Source: Eledone cirrhosa (lineage: Eukaryota). Taken from it: a stretch of DNA of 64,000 nucleotides. The stretch is taken from the NCBI GenBank assembly GCA_964016885.1, contig OZ024745.1, forward strand, positions 118,234,001 to 118,298,000, read 5' to 3'. A program made the position numbers and the translations under genes. Positions 52,496-64,000 of the stretch are shown piece after piece. How positions within the stretch are numbered: position 1 is the first letter of the stretch; each line of letters opens with the position of its first letter. The notes under the pieces are model-generated. The model was given only the letters and a program-made list of their open reading frames with translations. It searched no databases and was not told the origin of the DNA.

Positions 52496-53159
52496 AGAAG
52501 AAGAAGAAGAAGAAGAAGAAGAAGAAGAAGAAGAAGAAGAAGAAGAAGAATGAAGAATGAAATTATTCTGTACAGTGCTCAGGGTTGTTGTTAGCAAGAT
52601 GGTTAATAATTTTCTGGGTGTTTATGAGCAATCAAATGTAGAGTGTGCTAGCATGGACAAGTGATGCATATGGATGATGATTCTTGGGTGGAGAAGTGTC
52701 AGGAGTTTCCAGTGGAAAGAATCTGCAGTAGAGGGAAACCAAGGAAGACCTGAGCAGAAGTGATGAGAGTAGATCTTAAAACACTGAACCTGGCAGAGGA
52801 AATGGTGGAAGAATGTAGTAGAAGGCTGTACTGGAAAAGACCTGTCCAACTCATGCAAGCAAAGTAGATGTAAAATGTTAATGATGACACACACACACAG
52901 TTTTAAAAGCTTCAATTAAAATAGGCACTAAGTAATAGCTATTACACAGCTGTTATAATTTGTATAAGTGTGACTATATATAACTTACCTGGTGTATATG
53001 TTTTAAAAATAATCTTCTACCATTTTATATAACCTTTCGATATTTTGTGCATGTTTTCGTTCCTTAACTGTTACTTTATCTTAGCGACCCTCAAATGATG
53101 AAAAACAAATCTAACCACCACAAGATTTAAACTCTCCCATACATCTCCTGTGAGGGCAG

Positions 53160-53510
53160 TACGAAGTATGCATCTAGTGAAGCCCCCAGCCCACTCTGTA
53201 AAGTGGCCGTGTAGGTGTCACAGCAAAAAGCACCCAGTCCACATTGTAAAGTGGTCGTGTTGGTGACACAACAAAAAGCATCCAGTCCACACTGTAAAGT
53301 GGTCATGTAGGTGTCACGGCAAAAAGCACCCAGTCCACACTGTATAGCGATTAGTGTTAGGAAGGGCATTCAACTGTAAAAACCAAGCCAAAGTCAGTTC
53401 TGTATGTGCAAGACATGGTCACCTGACCTAGCTTTGCCCACAACAGGACAACCCGTCTTACCCATGCTAGCAAGGAAAAATTGATGTAAAACAGTGATGA
53501 TGATGATGAT
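53160..53510 (+). repeat. Four ~46-bp tandem units leading into a second SINE-family body with (GAT)n tail
   Basis: aagcacccagtccacactgtaaagtgg repeats, then aggaagggcat...catgctagca...(gat)n, also seen at 11600-11810. Confidence 0.75.
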
Positions 53511-53939
53511 GTAGGGAGGTACAACTAAGACCCTTTATTTATTCTATAAGAAAATTTCATAATATATTTCTCCTCTTTTTACTTCTTTATCATGCAAAAT
53601 ATTTATGTAAATAAAACTCCCACCATGGGCTAATTACAATTTTTTTCATCTAACTCCCCTAACAGTAAAGCTCGTCATCAATAAAATACCAGTTTCTTAG
53701 TTCTTGCAGCAAGCAATTATGTTGTTACAGTATATAGCTCTCTGAAACATTTACACCATTCGCAGTTGTTTTTCATAGGTTGACAGTTACCATGAACACT
53801 AAACCACATCACTATACTGAGCCTTTCACAGTCCATAGCTGTTCGAGGTACTAAATAATGACTATTACATATTTATATAAATAACTGTGAACTCATTAAC
53901 CCTTTCATGTACATATTTCTAACAACAATATACTGCCAT

Positions 53940-54220
53940 TGACAGGTTTGCAGTTGAGCCCGTAGAAGTGGAGACTTCTGGTGTTCTTGGCCCTAGAGCC
54001 ACCCCCCTACTCACCACCATCGGTACAGAGTTGGCTACCCACAGGTGTGAACCTCGCGAGCTGGAATGGATCTTCCAGCGTGTCTCCCTCACCATCCTCC
54101 GGGGAAACGCTTTCTTTATTCTGTCCTCCAGGGCTGTTTATAATAGTGGGAGATGATGAGAGCAGGAGAGACGGAGGCAGTGATAGTAGGAGTTTGGTTC
54201 CTTTGTGCTCGGACCTGGTG
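53940..54220 (+). mobile_element. CRE-clade LINE 3' end, second copy
   Basis: VETSGVLGPRA...EPRELEWIFQRVSLTILRGNA. Confidence 0.8.
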
Positions 54221-54817
54221 TATATATGTTTCACAGACACACACTCACACTGAGATTGATGTATATATAAAACGTTTAGAACTGCCTTTGTAGTTTACTT
54301 ATTGAAATAACAGTTAGGAGAAGTTTTTCAGTGAAATAAGTAACTTTCAACTTAACAAAATATAAATATTTAACTACTGAAATCTAATATCAGACAACTA
54401 ATGATTAGATCTGAAGCCAAGGTTTAAATTTAAATTTGAACACTTTAATAGAGGCAGTTTTTGGTGGGTTGACATTTATATGATTAAGTCATTTAATAAT
54501 ATTTATTCTATACGAATATGTTTATGAATGTTACAACTATAAACCAGGTTCTTGACTCTTTCACAGGCAGTGACAGTGGGAGTTTGGTTCCTTTGTGTAT
54601 ATGTTTCACAGACATACAAGAAAATAATTGTTTCTACTTTTGGCACAAGGCCAGCAATTATCCCAGTACATTACTGGTACTTTATTTTATCAACCCCGTT
54701 AGGATGAAAGGCAAAGTTAACCTTGGCAGGATTTGAACTCAGAACGTAAAGGATCGTAAATCTATGCTGTAAAATATGCTTTATATAGCGGAGTAACATG
54801 CAAAGGCTGCTTTCCAT

Positions 54818-55090
54818 AATGATGATGATGATGGTGGTGGTGGTGGTGATAATGGTGATAGTAATGATGGTGATGGTAATGATGATAATGGTGATGGTGA
54901 TGATGGTAATGATGATAATGGTGATGATGGTGATGATGATGATGATGGTGATGGTGATAATGATGATGGTGATGATGGTGATGGTGATAATGGTGATGGT
55001 GATGATGATAATAGTAATGATGATAATGGTGATGGTGATAATGGCGATGGTGATGATGATAATAGTGATGGTAATAATGATGATGATGAT
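54818..55090. repeat. (GAT/GGT/AAT)n satellite
   Basis: Seen directly in sequence. Confidence 0.95.
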
Positions 55091-56295
55091 TCTACCAGTT
55101 CTGCCACTCTCTGTCTTGTTGCTCTTGTACCAGTTATGAGCACAGGGTACTTCAGCTTTGCCATATTAATGGCATTTATCTTTGCCATATCCAAACTGAC
55201 CTTTTAATAAACATTCACAAATATATTTTAATAGAATATACATTTTTTGCACTTGTTTCTCAGTTAAATCAATATGTAAACATTTGACTCAGTGCAGCCA
55301 CCAATGTGTAAATATCAAAATTAATCATAGTTTTAATTAAAATAATTAATCTTTCATATTCGTCTGTGCAGACTTCCAGAAAATCTTGTAAGTCGTTTCT
55401 GCCTAAACTATTCACATTTGATTTTCAGGTACATTTCAATGATTCTGTTTATTTCATGGTCTCTTCTAAATAAAAACTTTCAATTCAGTACCATTTCTAT
55501 CTTTTTTTATAAAATCATAGTCACTATTTCAATTTAAATACAACCATATTTTATTTTATGTTACATATTTCATGTTCAACCATCTGTAACTTCTAAACAT
55601 TTGCTGTTGTTCAAGTAAACAGATCTATAACAAAATAATTCTTGATCTGCTAGAAATAACAGTTGAATATTCATTCATTCATTCACACTTTATTGCCTTA
55701 GAAAGGGACATGTGGGATAATGTAGTCTTGGGTTCCCTATTCCAAGGGAAAATAAAATTAGTGATAGAAATGTGAGTGGGGATACACAAGGGCTGGTGAT
55801 CCCCTCTTTTTCAGTTTCCATGTGGTGGTGGTGGTGCTTATAGTGACTACATCCTCCTTTCCAAACTTAGCTTTCTGGATCTTAACACAGTCCTAGATCC
55901 TAAAACACATTTCCATCACCAGACAGGAGGTTTGTGGCTTGAATACATTTCATTAAAGGGGCCAATCCCACTCGCTGAACATTGAATGCTTTACCCAAAA
56001 AGAACTGGTCTACATCAAAGGATGCAAGTGAAGTTGCAGGTTTTATATCAGAATGAACTTCTCCTAGAGAGATGTCTTAATGAAAACTTGGAGTCTCTCG
56101 CTCCACAAAAAAAACAAAAAAAAATTTATTGGCCGTTGACTCTCCTGAGTTCCTTGCCCTTACATGAGTTTTGTTTTTCATCCTGCAGGGTGTCCCAAAT
56201 CACCCTCCATACCAAGCAATCTTGGTGGGGTTACTGGTTTAGTTGCTGATGACCATGCACAGGATGTACTGGATTACATGTTATCAGTAGCGTTC

Positions 56296-56419
56296 AAGAG
56301 CAACCTGATATACATACATATATGTATATATATGTATGTATATCAGGTTGCTCTTAAACAGCAGGATGCCCTTCCTAACAGCAACCACATTTACAATGTG
56401 GACTATATATATGTGTGTG

Positions 56420-56459
<40 letters not shown>

Positions 56460-56513
56460 TATATATAGTCCACATTGTAAATGTGGTTGCTGTTAGGAAG
56501 GGCATCCTGCTGT
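56296..56513. repeat. Two abutting palindromes centred on TA/CA microsatellites
   Basis: 56296-56355 and 56358-56513 are each self-complementary. Confidence 0.9.
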
Positions 56514-57287
56514 AGAAACCAAGCCAGAAACAGTTCTGTATGAACAAAAGATGGTCACCTGATCCAACTTGTCTCAATGGGACAACATCTAAACCATGCT
56601 AGTGTGGAAAGCTGGACATTAAACAATGATGATGATGCATATATATATATATATATGATGGCTGCCCCCTCGTTATCGAATATGGCCATTGCACAATATA
56701 ACATTATTAATAATTACCAATTAATGCTATCGTGCAATGTCTATGCGTGAAGATTTTTTTTAAAGCGAGGAAAGACTGTGCACTGAGCCAATCCCACTCT
56801 CTGAGTGACAGTGGCTATAACCCGAAAAGAAAAGAAGAAAAGATCAACATCATCGGTAACTACTGAGCCGCAAGTTTTATATCGGAGTTATCCCAGTTTC
56901 TAGAGTTGCCTCCTCCTAGAAGATTGAGATTGCCCTGACAAATGCTAGGGATCCTTCACTCCCGGAGGTTTAACCGCGCGATCGGGTGTCCAGCCTGATT
57001 ATTTATATGACCCTGCACATATACATACACATGCATACATGTATATACATATATACATACATCTGTACACATGTATATACATATTTACACATTTTCGATA
57101 GCCGTTGATTCTTATGAGTTCTTCCCCCCTTTGTCAGGTATTGTTTTTTGTCCTGCAGGGTGTCCAAAATCACCCTCCTCACTAAGTAAACTTGGTGGGG
57201 TTACAGGTTTAGTCAACGACGACTGGACCATGCGACAGGTTGTACTGGGATACATGTTACCAGTAGCACTCACGAGTGACCCGAGAT

Positions 57288-57331
<44 letters not shown>

Positions 57332-57859
57332 CTACATACATATAAATATATAAACACATATATATGAGTATATTTTCATATAAACACACACACACACATA
57401 TATATATATATATTATTGACCCTGGAAGTTCGACACTGTAAATGTGGTTGGTGTTAGGAAGGGCATCCAGTTGTAACAATCCCAGCCAAAATACAGTTCT
57501 CTCTGAGTAAGGTACAGCGTGGCCAACTGGCCAGACTCATCTCATGATGTGGACAACCCATCTAACCCATGGAAAAATAGACGTTAAATGGTGATGATGA
57601 TGATGATGATGATGATAATATATATATGTATGCCTATGTGAGTATTGATATAGAAGAAGTCAGAAGGATGGAAGAAACAAGAACATGAGTATAACAGGAA
57701 GGAAGCAGCAAAGAGAGTGTAGAAGATATATGAGGTGAGGGAAATGTTTTAAAGAATGGAATTTACCAGAAGAATGTTAATGAAGAAAACAGCAGACACA
57801 CAATTATTGTGTGATTCTTACAGGGATGAGATGAACTTAGAGATTGTATAAGAACACGT

Positions 57860-58565
57860 GTGTATGTATGTGTGTATATATGTGTGTGTGTGGGTATGTG
57901 TGTGGGCGTATGTATGTGCGTGGGTATGTATGTGTGTGGGTATGTATGTGTGTATGTATGTGTGTATGTATGTATGTGTATGTATGTGTGTAAGTGTGTA
58001 TGGATGAATGTATGTGTGTATAGATGGATGGATGGATGGCTGTATGTGTGTGTATGTATGTGTGTATATATGTATGTGTGTATGGCTGGATGTGTGTTAT
58101 GTTTGTATGCATGTGTTTGTATATGTGTGTGTGCATATGTATGTGTGTGCATGGATGGATGTATGTGTGTATGGCTGGATGGGTGTATGTGTGTGTATGT
58201 ATGCTTGTACGTATGTATGCATATATGCATGTGTATGCATATGCGTATGTATGTGTGTGTGTGTGTGCATATGTATGCATGAATTTATGTATTTATGCAT
58301 GTATGTGTGTGTGTGTATGTATGTGTGTGTGTGCATGTATGTGTGTGTATGTATGTGTGTGTCTATGTATGTGTGTGTCTATGTATGTGTGTGTGTATGT
58401 GTGTGTGTCTATGTATGTGTGTGTGTTTGTATGTATGTGTGTGTCTATGTATGTATGTGCGTTTGTATGTATTTGTGTGTGTGCCTATGTATGTATGTGT
58501 GTTTGTATGTATGTGTGTGTGTTTGTATGTATGTGTGTGTGTGTGTGTGCGTGCCTGCACATGTG
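57860..58565. repeat. (GTAT/GT)n low-complexity tract
   Basis: Seen directly in sequence. Confidence 0.95.
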
Positions 58566-58882
58566 TATGCTGTACAGAATGAACAGAAAGTACTCAATAC
58601 CTATTAAAGAGCACATTGTTGTATGTCTCATTACTGCATGTTACACACACACGTATATATACATATCATCATCACTGTGTCATGTCCATTTTCCAAGCTA
58701 GCATGGGTTAGATGAGTTGTCCCGTTGTGAGGAGACAAGCTAGCTCAAATGACCATGTCTTACTCACACAGAACTGGTTTAGGCTGGTTTCTATGGCCGG
58801 ATGCCATACCTAATGCCAACCACATTTACAGTGTGGACTGGGCATCTTTTGTCATGTCACCAGCATGACCATATATATATAT

Positions 58883-58977
<95 letters not shown>

Positions 58978-58979
58978 TG

Positions 58980-59012
<33 letters not shown>

Positions 59013-59015
59013 GTT

Positions 59016-59054
<39 letters not shown>

Positions 59055-59234
59055 CCATGTATATATATATTTGCCATTTGGAAGGGCATCCAACCATAGA
59101 AACAAAGCCAAAATCAGTTCTGTTTGAGCAAGACAGTCATCTGATCTATGTTGTCTCATAACGGTACAACTTGTCTAACCCATGCTAGCATGGAAAAAAC
59201 AGACGTTAAATGGTGATTATATATAAATATATAT

Positions 59235-59307
59235 AGAAGGTGTCCCCCAAAAATCTATACACACTTTGATAAGAATGTTGTTGTATACATTTTTTGGGAC
59301 ACCCTCT
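59235..59307. mobile_element. Minimal mariner-type MITE
   Basis: agaaggtgtcccccaaaaatctatac / gtatacattttttgggacaccctct. Confidence 0.6.
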
Positions 59308-60509
59308 CTCTCTCTATATATATATATAAGAACAAGTATGACCCCGACGGCAGAGCACAAGCCGTTTCGACGGCTATTTCTGGAGTCCAGAAAAATATAA
59401 TCATGTAGTACAATGCAGTGTATTGCATGTTACCTGTAATACTCAAAGAGCAATCTGGTACACCCCTGGTACATCCATGGTACTCCCCTGATACACACCT
59501 AGTACTCCCCTGGTGCACACCTGGTACACCCCTGGTACACACCTGGTACACCCCTGATACACACCTGGTACTCCCCTGGTACACACCTGTTACACACCTG
59601 GTACTCTCCTGGTACATACATATACTTCCTTTAATATCTGTTTTCCCAGTTAGCAAGGACTAAACAGGGGCATATACTCACAGAGAAAGTGGTTATTAAC
59701 CTTTAACATGCTAGAAATTTTTATGGATTGTTCACCCCTGGCACTGCATTATGTAATAAAGGGAGGTTACTCTATTGGCGACATAATGGACCTGGAGCGT
59801 TCACAAGGTTAAATGAATATGATACATAAATTTATATATCTATACACCTATATTGAAAAGTATATATGGAAGGATATGTATGTATGTGTTTGTGTGTGTA
59901 TGTATGCATCCATACACACACATTGATATATTCTTTCACATCCATAGATATTTACACATTGAAGAAAAGGCTGAATGCCAGGAGGGAGATATACATATAC
60001 TTATACATGTAACATAAGCATATGCACACACACACACACACACACACTAATGCATAATTACATGCAGAGACCAGAGACCAGACCATGTAGACACATATAC
60101 ACAAACATAAACTGAAACACAATGTACAACCACATACTACCAAAAATACACAAAAACAGAATAAGTATCTAGTGAGGTGTCTCTGGTTGGTGTAGTTGTT
60201 GTTGCACTATTACTTGTTTTAAAGACATACACAAGGAAGTTTAAATGGTTATCTCTATCTAATGTCAGAAATTAAAGAATGTAAACAAAAACATTGATTT
60301 TGGTTTGTCGATTGTTTGAAAAACGTAAGGATTTTCTATTCACTACCACAGTTGTTGTTAAATTATTATCATTATCATTGTTCCTCTGATTCTCTTCATC
60401 ATCATCATCATCATCATCATTATTGCTATCACCAACAACATGTTCATTATCTAGTTCCTCATCACTATAATCACAATCACCACAAACTCTATCATGAAAA
60501 TGATGATGA

Positions 60510-61585
60510 TCACCACCATTATTATCAGCCAGTCACAATCCTCACCATTACTATCAGCCGGTTACAATCCCCAGCATTACTATGAACAACACTGTCACAA
60601 TCCCCACCATTACTATCAGTAACACTGTCACAATCCCCACCATTACTATGAACAACACTGTCACAATCCCCACCATTACTATCAGTAACACTGTCACAAT
60701 CCCCACCATTACTATCAACAACACTGTCACAATCTCCACCATTACTATCAGCCAGTCACAATCCCCACCATTGCTATCAACAAGATTGTCACAATCATCA
60801 CCATTACTATCAGCCAGTCACAATCCCCACCATTACTATCAACAACACTGTCACAATCCCCACCATTACTATCAACAACACTGTCACAATCCCCACCATT
60901 ACTATCAACAACACTGTCACAATCCCCACCATTACTATCAGTAACACTGTCACAATCACCACTATTACTATCAGTCAGTCACAATCACCACCATTACTAT
61001 CAGTAACACTGTCACAACCATCACCATTACTATTAGCCAGTCACAATCCCCACCATTACTATCAGTAACACTGTCACAATCTCCACCATTACTATCAGTC
61101 AGTCACAATCCCCACCATTGCTATCAACAAGATTGTCACAATCATCACCATTACTATCAGCCAGTCACAATCCCCACCATTACTATCAGTAACACTGTCA
61201 CAATCCCCACCATTACTATCAACAAGACTGTCAAAATCCCCACCATTACTATCAGTAACACTGTCACAATCCCCACCATTACTATCAACAAGACTGTCAA
61301 AATCCCCACCATTACTATCAGTAACACTGTCACAGTCAGCACCATTACTATCAGTAACACTGTCACAATCAGCACCATTACTATCAGCCAGTCACAATCC
61401 CCACCATTACTATCAGTAACACTGTCACAATCACCACCATTACTATCAGCCAGTCACAATCCCCACCATTACTATCAGTAACACTGTCACAACCATCACC
61501 ATTACTATTAGCCAGTCACAATCCCCACCATTACTATCAGTAACACTGTCACAATCAGCACCATTACTATCAGCCAGTCACAATC
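60510..61585. repeat. Minisatellite, ~29-33-bp unit (cactgtcacaatccccaccattactatcagtaa)
   Basis: More than 30 tandem copies. Confidence 0.95.
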
Positions 61586-62249
61586 ACTCTTATTTACATA
61601 CTACTAAAACTCTGTGATTGTTTGCTTGCTTGCTTGTCTGTAATGTAATCCAGTCAAAAGTGCGCATAATGGGAAAATACTTTGAATGGAAGTTGCCCCT
61701 GAAATGGGGATACAAATGGAATAAAACAAGTTTGGCGTAAATCGGAGCACGGCTTCCCGGGATATGGGGTTTTCCAGGCACCTTCATAATAGAGAGAGAG
61801 AAAGAGACAGAAAGATAGATAGAGAAAGAGATAGTGGTTGTGAGAGTAGATTGAAAATTTCATTTTACATTATATACATGTCTGTATATATTTTAATTAT
61901 TCAAAAATTATTTTAAAGTGAACATGATTTGAAAAACAAATCTTTAAGTGAATGTGACCCAACAGGTCACAGGTGGTCTAGTGAAGGTCACAGGTGGTCT
62001 AGTGTACAATAACGATCAAAATCATGATTATCATAATCATCACAAACATCATAATTACCCTTTCTGCCCTTTCATTAATTACTCCATGTTATACGTATAT
62101 TTCCAGCAATGCTATGGGATCAAATGTACATAACAAATGGAATATAGGTACTATAATGAATATGAAGAAAAGATTTTCATATTTCCCTTTATTAGATAAT
62201 CTACATTTACACCTATTTCTGTGGTGTCTGCAGTTATTATGTAAAGGTC

Positions 62250-62500
62250 TTCTTCTTCGCTCACTTATTTCTGAGAGGGTCGTGGAGGTAGAGTCCTCAA
62301 AATCTCCTTCCAGTGGGTCCTGTCAGAAGCAACCATCTCCAACTGATCCAGCTGGATGCCCAAGTGAGACCAACCAAGCTCATAGATGTTAACCAACCAT
62401 CTTGCTTGGGGTCTATCCCTGGGTCTCCTGCCTGTTGGTTTCGCCTGTATAATCTGTCCAGCAATTCTTTGTTGAGACATTCTAACTACATGCCCATTAA
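62250..62500 (-). mobile_element. RTE-clade LINE 3' fragment, same family as 1320-1700
   Basis: GHVVRMSQQRIAGQI..KPTGRRPR.RP.ARW...LPPRP. Confidence 0.8.
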
Positions 62501-62951
62501 GGGCATTCCACAAACATGTGTACTTTAACATAGTTCTAAGGGAGATTCAGCATGAAACAGGATATGATAAGGCTGGCCTTTTGATGTGCAGATACAACAC
62601 ATTTTTGTTAGCTGAGTGGACTGGAATAATGTGAAATATAGGGCCTTGCTCACACATGCTAAAAATCCAATATACATTACAATCATGGGCTGAACACCAG
62701 GTTTCTATTAATCAATTTCCTTTCACAAAGTACTGAACAATAAAGACTACTGCACAATGGGATTGAAACTAGAACTACATGATTGCAAAGCAAACTTCTT
62801 AACCACACAACAATGGCTTGGGAATCAAACTCACAACCACACAATTGTGAACCCAACACTCTAACCACTAAGCCACATGCCTTCACAATTAAACAACTAA
62901 ATAACAACCATAAGAACAAAACTATTATAATGGCTATTTTTGTATCCCACA

Positions 62952-63115
62952 ATAATTGTTTCTAGTTTCAGCACAAGGCTAGCAATTACCCCAGTGCATT
63001 ACTGGTGCTTTATTTTATTGACTCCATAAAGATGAAAGGCAAAGTTAAGCTCGGTGGGATTTGAACTCAGAACATAAAGGGCCATAACTCTATGTTTGAA
63101 AGCATGATGTCTGAC
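62952..63115 (-). mobile_element. SINE copy
   Basis: SINE consensus. Confidence 0.85.
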
Positions 63116-64000
63116 AATATTGGGTGGGTCCATACCAGATTCCATTACTTCTTCCCATGTCAAACTGTTTTGATCTTCGAAGTATTGAACAACAAATGAA
63201 AAACATAACAGGAGCATCAAATTACTTGTAAACTCTTAATGTCAAATCGAGAGCCAGTAGATAATTGTCATAAGTATTCATTAAGAATTGTTACAAGAAA
63301 AATATATAGATAAATAATGGTAATCATGCTGTGCCAACAGGAGCAAATTTTATCTTTTAAAAAATACATCTATCTTTCAGTTTTATATCTCAAATTTACT
63401 TTACATTTTAAAAATTATTTCTATCAAAATTTGTTTGTTTTCTTTTAAAAACGTTTATTTTATCAAGGTTTCAATGTCATGTTTGACCTTATCTTCAAGA
63501 TGTTTCTAATGTATCTTTTTATATAGCTTCATAGATGTGGAAAATGGTGATGATTGGCAGAATGATATCAGCAGAGAAATATTTCAATACAAATCTTTAT
63601 GACAAAGCCACTTTTCTCTCACTAAAGCTGAAGGCAATATTATCAAGATTTATTATTTCATTCATGATAGATAATAAGATAAATGACTGCATCCTTATGA
63701 GAATTATAGGTATAATGCAACATGCAACAATCTAATAAATAAAGATTCACTAATCATCTGTCATGGAAACATAAGTGTTAAAACAATAAAACATATATAA
63801 ATGTAATGAATATTATTATAGATGTGACTCAAGCAATCAATGTAATATATTGCGTTTAATCCAATGACGGGAGTTAAAAACTTCATAACAAAAATGTTTA
63901 CCTACATTCAAGTAATACCACACTTTTCCTTAAACTAACCCTAATTTGAGAAAACACAATGCATTAACCATCTTTAACCCTCTTGGCACTGCGGGTGACT

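Noticed and set aside
57180-57290. HDV-like ribozyme at a putative RTE-type 5' end (minus strand)
   Set aside because: A P3-like hairpin is present, but P2 and P1.1 could not be built by eye.

Overview
AT-rich, microsatellite-laden animal DNA. The SINE and MITE repertoire looks like octopod cephalopod sequence, but that is recalled from memory and not verified. No intact protein-coding gene is recognisable. The window is mostly decayed mobile elements: about 30 copies of a tRNA-derived SINE; RTE, R4/Dong, CRE and L1/Tx1-like LINE fragments; a Penelope-like element (RT thumb plus GIY-YIG); piggyBac and hAT remnants; MITEs; and many minisatellites. A weakly supported minus-strand exon series lies at about 12.0-13.3 kb. 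The most notable signal is a dense set of type I hammerhead ribozyme motifs: 6 clean and 3 degenerate, on both strands. They sit in short non-coding, often fold-back cassettes beside (TA)n tracts, and several share a 3' tail motif; this suggests a non-autonomous Penelope/retrozyme-like system. Also seen: a probable SINE/Tx1-like LINE partnership targeting (ATT)n, an RTE twin-priming inversion with a 15-bp TSD, and a circularly permuted inverted duplication centred on (TA)n.
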